Shown here: positions 37,991-52,000 of the stretch, piece after piece
Numbering within the stretch: position 1 is the first letter of the stretch
Layout: each line of letters begins with the position of its first letter
Origin: Lama glama
Lineage: Eukaryota
Direction of reading: 5' to 3'
Assembly (NCBI GenBank): GCA_028534125.1
Contig: CM052816.1
Coordinates: forward strand, 8,682,001 to 8,746,000
DNA: 64,000 nucleotides
The notes under the pieces: generated by a model
What the model was told of the DNA's origin: nothing
The model's input: the letters and a program-made list of their open reading frames with translations, nothing else
Database searches by the model: none
Translations under genes and position numbers: made by a program

Positions 37991-38844
37991 AGATAAAGCT
38001 GCCAGTCTCCCTGCACCCTAGTTTCCTTTTCTATGACTCATAGTAGTAAACAGGACACTGTTCTAGGCACTAAATATTGAGCATTCAACAAGACAGACAA
38101 TTTTCCTGTCCTTTCGGGGCAGGTCAGACAATGAACACACACTTGAAACTGATCATTACTGTGAAAAGTATGGAAAGTTTCATATCAGGGAAAACAATTG
38201 TTGTTTATGGAGTTATGCATAGACTAACTTTTCTCAATTCCCCGATTCTAACATTTATTCTTATTCTCATTCTGTGAATTTATTATTTATTATTATTAGT
38301 GATAGCAGTAGTAATATTGCTTACTCAGTGCCAGGTATTATACTGAACATTTTACTTGTATTTTCTCATTTATCTCGTTCACAGCTTCTCTAAGAGATAG
38401 GTATACTTATTATTACCATCCTGATTTTAAAGAGAAAAACTGAGGCTAGAGAAATAACTTGCCCACTGTCACATAGCTACTAAGTGACAGGACCAGTACT
38501 CAAATTCAGACCGTCTGAGGCCTCGGGCTGTTTAACCACTACTCCACACACATAAAAATATGAAGAGCAGAATGATGCTGTACCTTGAACGTGATGGATG
38601 AGAACAATAGGAAAGGAGGGGGTGGTTTTAGTCTGTAAATGAGAAAAGCAAAGGAAGTTGAGAGCTTTCTTAAAGAGCTGTCCATGGATAAGACTTCACC
38701 CATATGACCTTAGAGGTCACTAACATGGGGAAAGACATACGGAGACAAACTGCAAATATGTAAGGAATAACTTCTCTAACAATCAAAGCATTTCAAAAAT
38801 GACACCAGTTGCCTGAGGAGAGTGAGCATTCTGTCAGCATTTAA

Positions 38845-38984
38845 TGAAAACGAATACATGTATGTATATGCATGACTGGGCATTGTGCTGTGCTGTGCAC
38901 CAGAAACTGACACATTGTAAATTGATTGTACTTCAGTAAAATAAATAAATAAAATTTTTTTAAGGCAAAAAAAATGTTTTTTAA
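38845..38984 (+). mobile_element. Very short L1 3'-end insertion
   Basis: Matches the terminal part of the 11.7-kb copy. 12-bp TSD GTCAGCATTTAA at 38833-38844 and 38985-38996. Confidence 0.85.
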
Positions 38985-39253
38985 GTCAGCATTTAAGCAG
39001 AGGCGCTTATTAGGGATGCTTCAAAGAAAAGTAATGCAATAGTTAAAGACTGGCTTAGGTGGTCTCTAAGTTTCCTTACAATTCTGAAGGGATTCTGAAG
39101 AGAATGTAAGTCCTACAGTGGTTAAGTGACTTGTCCAAAATCACCCAGGGAATGAAGACCTTACCCCCAAACCAAATCTGACTTCTAGATTAGACTTTGT
39201 TCGTGGGTAAAGGTCTTGTGAGTGTTCAGCACCTCAGTTTATGGTCCTTTAAA

Positions 39254-39294
39254 GTGTGTGTGTGTGTGTGTGTCTGTCTGTCTGTCTGTCTGTC
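39254..39294. repeat. (GT)n(CTGT)n microsatellite
   Basis: Directly visible. Confidence 0.93.
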
Positions 39295-42200
39295 TCACTA
39301 GCCTTGTCCCAGGTGTCTGGAATCATCTGCTTTACCTATTTAACTCTACATTACTAATATGTGCCCTTCTTCCTTGCTTGTGTTGAGTATTCTGTTGTTT
39401 TCAGACATAGTGACAACCCCCTTGGGCAAATTACTAGCAGTCCAGGAGGCGACGGGGTCCCTCTTCCCCTGGAGTAGTGTTTATTTGCTATTTTAAGGAA
39501 AAGGAGACAAGCTGGATGCTGTTTTCATTTGAAACTGATGTTTCTTTGATTCTATTTTAGGACTCTGGATTATCTTGAGTTAAATTTTGAATGCACTGGC
39601 ACTAATTCCCCTCATCCTAGTCACAAATATTTTGATAAGCAGCAACCTAGTTGTCAACTTCAGGAGAGGCAATCTTTTCTCAGAGCTCTAGAGAGCTACT
39701 TGGTGTTTTTGACTTAAACTTCTAACAAGAGAAACCAATTGCCTTTTGGGATTGATTTCTAGAACATTTACAAAGAAATGGACATCACCTTGTCCCCAGT
39801 GAACACTAACTCAAAGATAAAAAGGGTTCCCTTCATTTCTACCCTCAACAGAGTGATCAATTTTTCAATTTTTTAAAAATATATTTACCTGGTTCAAAAT
39901 TTCAAAGTACACTGTCAGGGTTATAGCTTATTGACCTTTGGATTCCTCTCAGTGCCTGGCATATTGCCTTGTGCCACATAAGTGATTATTGACTAGGTTG
40001 ATGAGTGAGTGTAAATTAAGAAGTTGTGGGAGACAGAGAAATAGGTGGTTTAGATTGGAGAAGCAGATATTTTCCATGAGGTGCATGGGCTTAAAAGGAG
40101 CCCAGACAGACCTCCCAGACCAGTTGCAAATTTGACCATGACTTTATCCATAGATCTGTACTAAAAGCAGCAGCATCAGACTCTTTCTGGGTTGAGTATT
40201 ACCTAAAGACTACATACTAACCAGAGTCTTTTGGTTGTACACAACAAAAACTGATTTTGGTTAACTGAAGCAGAAAAGGAATTTATTGAAAGCGTACTGG
40301 GGAGCTCAAAGAATCAATGGAAAGGCTAGAAAACCAGGTGAGGAATACAGGCAGGCACCAATGGAGGCTGGGTGGCTAGACCCACAGAAGAAACCATGCC
40401 ACAGGAAGGATGCCCTTGCTGGACGCTGGCAGTGCTCTGGGGACTGGGTGCCACAGCTGATCAAGCTGCCATCACTATCACCAGATACTGAATGCCATCA
40501 CCACCAGAATAAATTTTACCCATTGCCTTCTCCTTTTGACTTCTATCTCCAGAATCACATTCCTTGAGGGGTGGGCTAATCAGTCATGCCTGGGTCCCAA
40601 TCAGGAAAAGCTGATACCAGGGCCGTTTGGCTTCCATGGGTGAGATGTTGGGCCCTGCCTCACACAGTGGCCTGTTCCCCAAACTTATAAAGGCAATTTG
40701 GAGGCTGGGCAGCCAGGAATAAGATAAATGTCTATTACACAGTCGTCTTCTAATAATTTGTAGGCAAAAAAAGGAAAGAATTAAAGAGTATAATCTGTAT
40801 AAAATACTTAACACAGCACCCAAGCTGAACTCTCAAACCCAGAAGAGGTGGCTTTCATACTTATTACTCAATTAAAATTTTAGCTAGTCAAAGAACTTCT
40901 CTACAGTACCAATAATTTCTTCCTAAGCCTCTCCTTTTATTTCTTATTGGAATCACAACTGCAGAGTCGAGCAAAGAAAGGTTCAGAAGGAAGAGGTAAA
41001 TTGTGCCAAAAGTATACTTAGCATAATAGGGGCAGCGGCATGAGCATAATAAATTCAGTTTATTTTTCTGATACATTTTAAAAAATACTGCCTACCTCTT
41101 GGGATAGGTCTTGAGATCATATCTATTTTTCTCATTTAACTCTGTGAAATTTTACCATTCTAATATTTATCATAATAATAAAAATAGGTACTACTTACTG
41201 AGTGCCTAAAATATACCAGAAATCTTTGATGGATTATTCCTAATCCTGAAAAACATCCTATATAATAGATATTATTTGCATTACAGACGAGGAAGCTGAA
41301 GCTCAGAGAGATTAAGTAAGTTGTCTAAGAGTACACAGCTCATAGATGATGAGTGCGTAGCCAAGTCTACTGCTGCACCATACTGTCTCTCACGTAGTTG
41401 CTCTCTCCAAAGATTCCCATCACCATTTAACAAAAATTCTAAGCCCAAATGTATGTTTCTTAAATCATTTCTTCCATCTTCTGAGATATTAAATTTTCAG
41501 AAAGACAAGTCAAGAAATTACTGGTTGCCGTGTCTTTAGCAGACTTAAACTTTTAACAGATAATAGGCTAGTGTGGTAACCTTATCACTAACATATAAAA
41601 ATATTTATAACAAGAGTGTCTGCTTTATTGAGCCCATATTATAAGCCAGAAACTCTGCTTATCAGCCCTAAAAGAAAAGTATTACCATTTTCTTTTTACA
41701 AATGAGAAATCTGAGATTTAGAGAGATTCAGCAGCTTGCCAGGGGCCTCACTGCTAGAAGTGGCAGAACTGGGACTGCAGCCTCAGCAGTCTGGCTCCGA
41801 AGTCCGCATTTCTTCCAGTGTGTCATGCCCCTCTGGGCCAGTGTGATCATTTGTATTGAGAAACGCAACTTAGTACCTCTCCCATTTCTTTCTTTTCCTG
41901 GCTTCCAGTGGCTTCTCTGTGGGTTCTCGGCTCTTTCCAGATATAACCCTTCTAAGGACAGAGCTGTTCTCTCTTCCCTTCCAGGTTTTCTCGTACCCTC
42001 TTCCCAAGGGCAAGGCCACAACCTCCCCACACAGGTTCAGCCCTGAGCTCTGGAATAGTTCTGTTCTTAATCTGTAGAAATATGTGGAGCCTTAGCTTTG
42101 AAGCTTAGGAGAGTCCCTCTAAATCTACTTTGTTGGAACTCATCACTGATGAGTTAGTTCTAGCAACTGGTTTAAACCCGTTACCATCATGATTTGTTAG

Positions 42201-42699
42201 CCCAGTCTGGGAGAACTTGCTTTGCTTTTACCATACACTTTGTATTAGTCAGTACTCCTCTGGTTCTAGGCCCGGAAATCCAACTCATCCAGAAACTATA
42301 ATGTCCATTAGAAGAAAAGACCATCTCTGCCTGTGTGTCTCATCAAGAGAGAAAACCCTCCAAAAGGCTCTCCAGCAGACTTCTTCCATTTCATTGACTA
42401 GAATAGCATGTCCTTACCTAACCATACCTAAGCTCAATCACTGACTGGCTTAGATGGATGAGGAGTCAACATTAGGCCAGCCCTCTTCTGAAGCATATGG
42501 CCATATAGCCTTAACAAAATTAGAGTCTTGTAGGGAAAGAAGAAAAATAAGGTGGAATGCTCTTGGGTAGGCAGCCAACAGTATCCGCTGCAGGAGAGAG
42601 AAAGCAATTCTACAGGGAGGTTGGAGAGCCAAAGATAAGGTGGCCCTACCTGCTCAGTCTTTAAAGAGAATCCTTACCAAGCAGACAGGCACAGAAAGT

Positions 42700-43580
42700 T
42701 ATGCCAGGTAGAAAGGACTACATGCAAAGGCATAACAATATGCAACTATCTTGTGTTTTTTAGAAATTGCAATCACTTCATTGTAACTGGATTGGATGAT
42801 ATACTTTGGACTTTGCAGTGATAGATAAGACTAGAGAGGTAGGCAGGCACCAGATCATGCAAGGCATGTATGCCATGCTAAGGAATTTCTACTTTATCTG
42901 TAGGCAATGGGGGAGTCACTGAGGAATGGGGATAGCATGATATTATTTGAATTTTAGGAAAAATCTCTGTCCAAAGAATGGAAAATAGATCCTAGAAGGA
43001 TATAAGGCTAAAGGCTGGGAGATCAGTTAGAAAGTTGTAGTTTTCCATCAGGGGAGAGATAATAGGCTTCAGGTTAAGGTTGAAGTAATAGTCAAGTAGA
43101 GGAGGGGAGGATAAGAGTAAAATGTTGAAGAAATACTATAGAATTTGATTTGATGACCTATAGGATGTGAGAGGATGGACGGCCTATGCTGACTCTGAGA
43201 TTCGTGTTTTGAGCAACGAGATGGATAGTGGTAGCCTTCATTAAAGAAAAAGTATCCTAGAGAAGGAACAGGTTTGGAGCAAAGGTTTGGAGGAAGGTAA
43301 TACAAACAGTTTGTGACTAGTTGATCCTTGCGGCTTATCCTAGTGAAAGTGCCTGGTGGGAAAATGGATATAAGGTTCTGGGAGAGAGAAGCTTGGTTTG
43401 GCAATATAGATTTGAAGGTACATGAAGCTGTAAGAGTGAATGAGATCACCTGGGAAACAGGAAGGACATAAAAGAAGAGGGTTAAGGACAAAGGCCTGGT
43501 AAACACAACCAAGGGGCAGGCAGAGAAAAGGGAGACAGCAAAAAAGACTGAGGAGAAGTCAAAAAGAGCTGGGAGTAGAG
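42700..43580 (-). mobile_element. L2 fragment; explains ORF 43069-43611
   Basis: Purine-rich reverse L2 motifs (CCAGATCATGCAAGGC...GCCATGCTAAGGAATTT...TAGGCAATGGGG; GAGTGAATGAGATCACCTGGGA). Confidence 0.7.
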
Positions 43581-44216
43581 CCAGCCTTTGATTAAACTTC
43601 CTTATGAACAATTCCCTTTAACTGCTGTGTTTCAATCTGGTCCCGCACCACCAAGTAAAACTACAATCAAAATATTTGGCCAGGGCTTTTTAAAGTATTG
43701 CCTGAATTATTGTAATATTTGATTTTTATTCATCACTTTCTAGTTGGAAATCTCCTCTGCTGAGTCAATGCAATGCTTTCTTGGAAGCTGCATGAGAAAG
43801 AAGTCTAGTGAGAAAAGCAAACTAATTCCCTGTCCTGAAGTGTGCATTTACCACCCTGGAGTACAGCCTCAAAGGCTTGCTGTTCACATCTAAGGATAAG
43901 CAATTGCGTGGGCAAGGGTGTAACCAATTTGTAAGAGTGGGAGTTGACAAAACATTTTTGACTTAGAAATTTCACTTCTATTAATTTATCCCACAGAAAT
44001 CCACACACAGATGCACAAAGATGTATGCATAAGGTTGCGGTTTGTGACTTTTTAAAAAAATCAAAGTGAAGAGCTATAAACAGACCAAAAACTATCAGCA
44101 GGAGATAGTTAAATAAATAAAAAAGCAGGTTTCACAGCCAAATGCTGAACATGTACATATGTAAACCTACGTTATATGTATATATATGCATGTGGGTATC
44201 TGTGGGTGTGTATATG

Positions 44217-44222
<6 letters not shown>

Positions 44223-44262
<40 letters not shown>
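44223..44262. repeat. (GT)n microsatellite
   Basis: Directly visible. Confidence 0.95.
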
Positions 44263-44271
<9 letters not shown>

Positions 44272-44576
44272 ATTCAGTCACTCAACAGCTATTATTGAGG
44301 AAGGCACTGTTCTGGGGATACATTAGTGAACAAGACAGAAAAAGTTCCTGTCTCATTGAGCAAGTGTTCTAGTGAAGGAGGCTAAGTCAATACAAGGGTA
44401 AAATATATATATAATTTTAGATACTAGTAAGTATTGTGAAGGAAAATAAATAGGGTAAACAGCTTAAGAGTAACTGGGTATGGGGGGGTGTAAGGGGCTA
44501 TTTTAAATAATTTGGTCTCGAAAAGTGTTTCTAAGGAGAAAATATTTTAGCAGTGACCTTAATAAAGTGAGAAAAT

Positions 44577-45020
44577 GTATTAGAGTTCTCCAGAGAAAAA
44601 GAACCAACAGGATGTGTGTGTGTGTGTGTGTGTGTGCATAGAGAGAGGGAGGGAAGGAGGGAGAGAGAGGTTTATTTTAAGGAATTAGCTCATGTAATTG
44701 TGGAAGCTTGATAAGTTCAAAATCTGCAAGGTAGACTGGCAGGATGAGACTCAGGGAAGAGTTCCAAAGGGTTCCAAAGGCTGTCTGCTAGAAGAATTCC
44801 TTCTTGCTTTTGAGAGGTCAGTCTTTGTCCTATTCAGACTTTCAAATGATTGGATGAGGCCCACCCACATTATGAAAAGTATACTGCTTTACTCAAAGTC
44901 TACTGATTTAAAAGTTAATCTCATCCAAAAATACCTTCACAGAAACATCCAGAATAATGTTTGACCAAGTATCTGGGCACTACAGCCCAGCCAAGATGAC
45001 ACATAAAATTTACTATCACA
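44577..45020 (-). mobile_element. MLT2-like ERVL LTR with internal (GT)n
   Basis: TGTATTAGAGTTCTCCAGAGAAAAAGAACCAACAGGA...GATTGGATGAGGCCCACCCACATTATG...ACACATAAAATTTACTATCACA. Followed by an MLT1-like fragment at about 45170-45370. Confidence 0.75.
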
Positions 45021-48000
45021 AGTCCATCCTTTAGCAACTTGGCACCAATATGCAACTCCTTAAACCACAATTGCTTCCACCTAACATGACACAACTATCT
45101 TGTATACAACTGAAAACACTCTCTCCTCAGAGAGGATACAAAGTCCTTGGATGATGTTTACTCTTTTTGATAACCTGTAACTGCTCTCTGCCATGTAAGA
45201 ATACAAAAAGTCTGCAACCTGGAAGAAGGCCTTCACCAGAACTTGACCTTTCTGGAACACTCATCTCAGACTTCCAGCCTCCAGAACTGTGAGAAAACAA
45301 ATTTCTGTTCTTTAGGATACCAAGACTATCTATGCTATTTTGTTGTAGCATCTCGAGCTGACTAAGACAGGGAGAAAGGAAAGTTTTGCCAACCAGTGAT
45401 GCTGGAGTAATTGGTTAACATATGGCTATGTATATATACATAGCCATATGGATATGTATCCTTGTTTTCATTCTTCTCTTCTTATCATGTAACATAAGAT
45501 GCATTGACTTTATATCATAGCATTCAAGTATTGTTAACAAGAAATAATCCAATGCTTGATTTTGTTCAGAAGGCACAGTAGGTTTGCTCAAACTCCTGAC
45601 ACTTGCTTAACCCCTCAAATGTTATTCTAAGTTCCCCAACTCCAGCCCTTTCCTAGACATTTAACACGTATTCCAGCCCAGCATGATGCTAGGCTACAGA
45701 AGCCAGCTAATGCAACAGCAAATAAGGACATCCACAAGATGGCAGCATTGTGTAATTATTGAAAACCATGATCTGGCATGGGTTCTTTAACATACCCTTT
45801 TGTGGCATATTCTGTGATCTATCAAGTGGACGTCTGTTTTTATATCTTCACTTAATCTTGAAATAAATTAGCAGTGTTTTACAGTTGTGAGATGTACGGA
45901 CTGGAGAAATGAAAAAGCAGGTTCTTTGGAGTCAAAATAAAAATCTGAATTCAAGTACAGAATGCACCTCTAACTTAGTGCAGTTGAGCAAGCCAACTAA
46001 GATCTCAGGGCCTCAGTTGCCCTATCTAAAAATTTAAAACAATAAGTCACTTTTTCCATGAAATCTTTTCCTTTTTTTAACATAACATAATATAGGTAAG
46101 AATAACACTGTGTACAATGCTGTATAAACACTGAAAAGTAGTTATTACTTTGGCATGGGAAAATCAATCAAAGTAGATGCCATCTGAAAACTTCTTCAGG
46201 TTGACTAGAAGAAAAGTTCTGAGGCCTTTAGAATAGCCTATAATATTTTATTTCTGTCTCCGATGACACATCTTAAAAGCCTATAGCGGTGACCTTGTCA
46301 AAAGGAATCACCTACGTAAAAAAATCAGTTGTGGTAGTGTCAGAGTTGATACTCTTGTCTTATTTTTGGTTTTAGACAATAATTGTACAGTTTCTATCTC
46401 AGCTGACAGCCTGTCTTCCTCCACCAGAAAAGTTAGAAGAAGTCACCCCTGGCTTGAATGGGACTAATAACAGCGGCAGGGTACATTTGTATGAGGTTTA
46501 TGGCTTAAACAAAGTACTTTCACATATCCTATTTCAATGAGGCAGAAGCTAAGGTAATCAATGACGTCGTGTGGAAGAAAATATCAGCTAAGAAGGTCAA
46601 TAGAATTTGAAATTCTAAGCAACAAAAGAAAATATAAAAAATACGAGTTTCATATAGGCTAGAAGGCACTGGAAGGTAAGTAGAAAGGGTCTTATGTCTA
46701 TCATTTGCCTCGCCTTGAAGTACACAGATAAGAAGCAATCTTAGGAATTCAGATCAGTTTCAGGGAGCTGGTAGGAAGTAAGGAGGGTCTGTAAAATCTG
46801 ATAGGTAGCTAACATTTCAAGAGGTCAGTTGGGCTTTAGAATCTGAAAGGGAGAGAGGCAGAAGTAATTAACCCTGGGGAGGTGAGAGTACGCAGCATTG
46901 TCTAGGAGGGATGGCTGGTAGGGAAGGAGAATGGAGGTAAATAATAGTAACTAGGTAGCCAGGATCAAGGAACCAGCTATAGAGCCAGGGACTACTGAGT
47001 TTGAGATATGGACTTGGAGGAGATGGGTGTCAGCCCTCAAAAATGTGGGAGTTCAGACACATCTGGAAGTCAGAACTCAGATCCTGCTTGAGCATCAAGT
47101 TACAGAACTTTTGACACTGAGAGATCAATTGAGCTGCAAATGGGCTGGATCAACCAGTTGGAAAGAGATGATTTTAGTCAAAAGTAGGTCTACTGAGGTA
47201 ATGGCTGCTAGTATGCTCCCTAACCAGATTTGGAGCAGGGACCGAGGGTCTGGACAGGACACACTAACTGTGAGAGTGAACAGGCACACACAGAACAGTG
47301 GTATGGATCTTGGGGTGTTCTCAGAAGCTAGTGTTGTCTGGTAAGTCACCACACTTCTCCAGAGCTTCAGCTTCCTCACACATAAGATAAATATAACAAG
47401 ATGCTTTACCTATCTCTAAAACTGGTCCTGAAAAGAGTTAGGGCTTTACAAATTGTTTTATGAGCTATAAAGGCTATGTAAATATAAATCTGACTTTTTT
47501 GCTCTGTGGATTAGGGGCCTACAATCCAGAGTTCTTTTGTTTTCCCCCAATCAGGCCCAGAACTCTGTTCACAGTAGAAAGTCTTTTTGCAGTGGTGTGG
47601 GTTTGCCCAGGATCAAATGGTGCAGCTATTCCAATTTCTGTGATCAGTATCAGTGCTTCCTGGCATTAGCATGGACAGCTGAGAGTTAACCAGATGTGTT
47701 CTTAGGACCTGTTCTCCTCAGGCATGGCAACTTAAGCATCTTCCAAATTTAGTCTCACAAAGAGTAGATTACTATACTGAGTAATAATGAGTCACCGGGC
47801 ACAGAGTTTCATGCCCTTGCTAATGAACAATGCAGGGAAAGAGAACAGAGGTTGAGAAAAGAAAGGGACATAGAAATTGCAGAAACACCAAAACACTAAT
47901 AAAATCCTTCCAAATAAAAATAGTATACAGAAATATCCCCAAATGCCAATGCATGACACTGCATTTCCAGGAATTTTAATAGTTCATGTGATTAAAATAG

Positions 48001-48917
48001 AAAATTTAACATATAATTTGGTTATCTAAATACTGCCAGGTCAGACAGACTGACCACAGCAAGACAAGGGGGGTTAAGTGGGGAACACAGGGGAAACCTA
48101 GGCATTTCAACTTTTATGTTGCCTTTCAAGTCCTGGCTTTGGTAAGGTATTCAATGAGTACATGGAACATCAATGATTTGAATTTCCTCCCTGTCAGGAC
48201 ACATCTCTGTCACTTAATTATTACACTGCAGAATGTTCACTGCAGACAAATGAGTTAAAGCCTCAGGCACTATTTCAAAGGAACTCTGGGAGGGAGGGAT
48301 GGGGTTAGCAGAAGCAGTATTAGAAGAGGATACGGAACAAGCTTTGCTTGATTTTCACTGTTGAATCTCTTTCCTTGCCAAGAATAAGACTGCAATGAAG
48401 AGTAAGCACCATTTCATGCTTTCCCTGTATCAGAATCTAAGCAAGGAGTTTTTAAACTAAAAGGGACTGATAGAGGTCATTTAAGTGAGGCCCCTCCCCC
48501 AGCTCCAGGGAAAGCTATACCTAAAACTAAGCTATAATTACTGCGTTTCTTAAATATTTTAAAAAGATAATTCCCAATTGTTTCTAATTTGGGAGTCTAT
48601 TCTGATTTCTACCTACCTATCTATTGCTATGTTTCATGGTTATAAAATCTGATTTTCCTGACAATTAAGCATTAAGGAGAATGAGTGAGGATCTGCCCAT
48701 CAGAATTTTATGTATTATCTGAATTTTAGGAAGTTATAAAAGGAAAAGAGCATGTTAATTTCTTCCTTCTACTTCAAAATACAAGACTCATCTTCAGTAA
48801 ATTGTGCAATGTTTTTAAAGCTAGAAAGAACTTTAGAATCTGACTTCTCTTTTAAAAGATTACAACATTGAAGCTTAGAAAAAGTTTTTCAGGTAGTGTC
48901 ACAATTTTCAAAAAAAA

Positions 48918-49056
48918 TTTTTTATTTATTTGCTTTTAGGTGGGGAGGGAGATAATTAGGTTTATTTATTTATTTATTTTTAGAGGTACTGGGGATTGAA
49001 CCCAGGACCTCGTGCATGCTAAGCATGCACTCTACTACTTGAACCTCTACCCTCCC
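48918..49056 (-). mobile_element. Second copy of the tRNA-Ala-derived SINE
   Basis: Homologous to the 18.8-kb copy, with B-box GGTTCAATCCC on the minus strand and an (AAAT)n segment. Confidence 0.85.
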
Positions 49057-52000
49057 AATCCCCCAGTACAGTCATAATTAAAATTCAGTTTTTCTGAATA
49101 CTTAGGTTAGGATACATTTTCTTAACCCAGCCTTTAAATAAACACTCAAATGAAAGGATAATTTGGTTTCTCCTATCCCACTTCAAACTACTTTTTAAGA
49201 GTAAAATAAATGTCCACTACTCTAGTATTGCTTCCATGGGCTCTTGCTTAAAGTTAGGAAAACTCCTTAGTCCTCTGCTACTCTAAATGTAGACAGTAAT
49301 ATTGCATTCATACAGGTGACAAATGATACTTTCTCATTTAACAAAGTACACTGAAATGCTTAACTCAAGCATTTAAAAGATTTCTATAGTAAATTTGGAT
49401 TGACCTCAGTTTGGGAACAATGACAATTTGGATTCTTCCCCATCTCTAAGACCCTGTACATTTATTTTTGTGGGAATACACTTTTATTTCTGCGGGAATA
49501 GTTGAACTCATGCAAAATATGGGAGATGTGAACATATATGAGATTATTCTGTTTTTCATACTTGATTAACTATATTCTTAATTTTGAGGGTCCTTTAATC
49601 CCCATTCTCTCTCACAGGAAACTAATTTTCCCTCCTCCTTCAACTAAATCTGAGTATCTATAGAATACAATTGCTTTACCAATGGTCAGCTAAAGTGTCT
49701 TGTTAACAATGTTCATAAAAGGGACACTTTCAGTCTCATGAGCACCTCCTTATAAACCACACAGTTGCAAAATTCTTGAGATTTTGAAATGGGTGGGGAA
49801 GGGAACAGGGGACTTGCAAAAAAAAGATCTCTTCTAATTAAAATGATTGGGTTTTTACAAAACTGGCTGGTCAAAAAAGAAAATCCAAAAACCCCTTTCT
49901 AGAACAGAATGAAAGGACAAGGATTTAAATTTGTAAAGATAAATCTGTATAGATAAGTAATGAGAAGGGTAGTCCATGAATAGGGCTTAATCATCACAGA
50001 CTGTACCAAAACAGAAGTTGTTGTTTATGATACAGGGATTTTAAGTCCAGCAGCATTTCTAGAAACATATTCTAACCAATTAATTTTGAATATGGGCAAA
50101 GGTTTAGCTACAGAATTATTCATTAAAGCTAGTATATTCATTTATACTAGCAAAACTTTGGAAATAACTAAAATACTCCATTGGGATTGATTAAATGTTG
50201 TTCTGTCAATATGATACATATTTAATATGTAGACATTAAAAATGATACTTCGGAAGATTACTTAATCATATGGAAACATGTCTTAAACAAATCATTAAGT
50301 GAAAAAACAGATCTCAATTCTGAATGCCCACTAAGACTACTTGTGGCAAATTTCAAGAAATAAAATAAATACATGTGCACACACATACACATACTGATAG
50401 ATATACCCAACACATACAAATACACACATAATATGCATAGAAAAAAAAAAGACTGAACATTTATATACAACAAATTGTTAACATTTGGTAATTACCTCTA
50501 AGAGATTTTTTTCTTTTTTTCTGATTTATCTAAATTTTCTAAAATTTTGTCAGTTTTATAAGGACAAAACAATCGGCATTTTATATGTGTACATGATTAT
50601 TAAAAGATCATTAGGTGATATATATATATGAAACTTAATCAATCTTTAGATCTTGAAGCCATACGGGTAAAAAAAAACACAGATATGTTCAGAGTTAGAT
50701 TAATTGAAATACATTCATGGTTAACGACTCCATAAAAACTAAGAAATGTTTGCTTACTTAAGAATGTCTCAAAAGTGTTTGAAGTTGCTATCATAGATTC
50801 AGCAATATACTTTCAAAAAACCCTGTAAACAACGCAGAGGGAGAGAACAGGAACTGAGACATGAAAGGGACATAGAAATTGGTGTCACTCTTTTAGACTG
50901 GAAAAAAGACTAAATGGATTATCACTCTGATGAATAGCACATTTCTAATGTTCTCCTGTTTCAAACACTCCACTAATTCACATATCTGACACTGATTATG
51001 CACAAAGCTCTATAACAGTCAAACAACACCTGAGAGTTTTCATGTTCTAAGGTATTCCATTTTTCCACTTATTTGTACCAAAGGACTCCAGAGATGGGCA
51101 GGCCACCCTTGTGTTTTTATTTTCCTCCTTACTTCATCCAGCTATACTTCTTGTGCTTGTCCTTATAATTTTACTCAAAACACACTCTGGCTACCAGTAA
51201 CCTTACCTTGGGTAAATACTGTGATTTGAAAAAAAAGTTTTCAATTCATCTTGACCTCTCTTCGAAAACAGAATTAATCACTGGGGCAAGATTGTCCCAA
51301 TTTGTCTTACACACTTTTCTTTTTCTCTTTCTTTTAGTTAGAGATTGAGGTTCTAGTCTTTTCTTTGCCACTAAGATCTGTAAGATCTTGGGCAAGACAC
51401 TTTGTCCTAGTCAGGCACAACTGCTGTGTGTGAAAGCACTATACAGATTGCAAAGCATTTAAAAATATGATTATTGAACTAGATGATTTCTAAATTACAT
51501 TCAAGATCTAAAATATTTATTCTATACTTTAAATTATATTTTTGGTGAATTCATCTGATCCAGGAGTCGGGAATGGCATTTTGGCACATTTTAGAAGATG
51601 CCTTCTGTTACACTAAAGCTGCTGCTGACTCAAAAGTACAAGAATGATTCATAACTAAAATAGCACCCAAAACAGGTAATCCTTCAATTACTGAGGCTGA
51701 AAGTTACTACAGATAATACATGATTTTAAGGAGAAAGCTGAATTCATAGCCAATGCCTAAAAACTTCATTTCCTACATCAAAAAACCCCCCAACTATTGC
51801 CCTTCTTAAATCTGATAAATTTAAATATTATGATGGAATCAACTGAAATCACATTTTAAAAGATTACAAAAACTCATACAGCATTTTAGTACATTTTGCT
51901 GGATATTGTCAATGCTGGAATACTGACTACAGCAAGCAGGAAACAAATGAAACACGCCAAATATACACATAAAATCAAAGACTCTCAGAGTTGAAAGGGC

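Noticed and set aside
37515..38016. Four overlapping 112-152 aa ORFs
   Set aside because: Stop-poor CpG island giving low-complexity Ala/Gly/Pro/Arg translations. Only the in-frame link to ARHGEF37 was kept as a finding.
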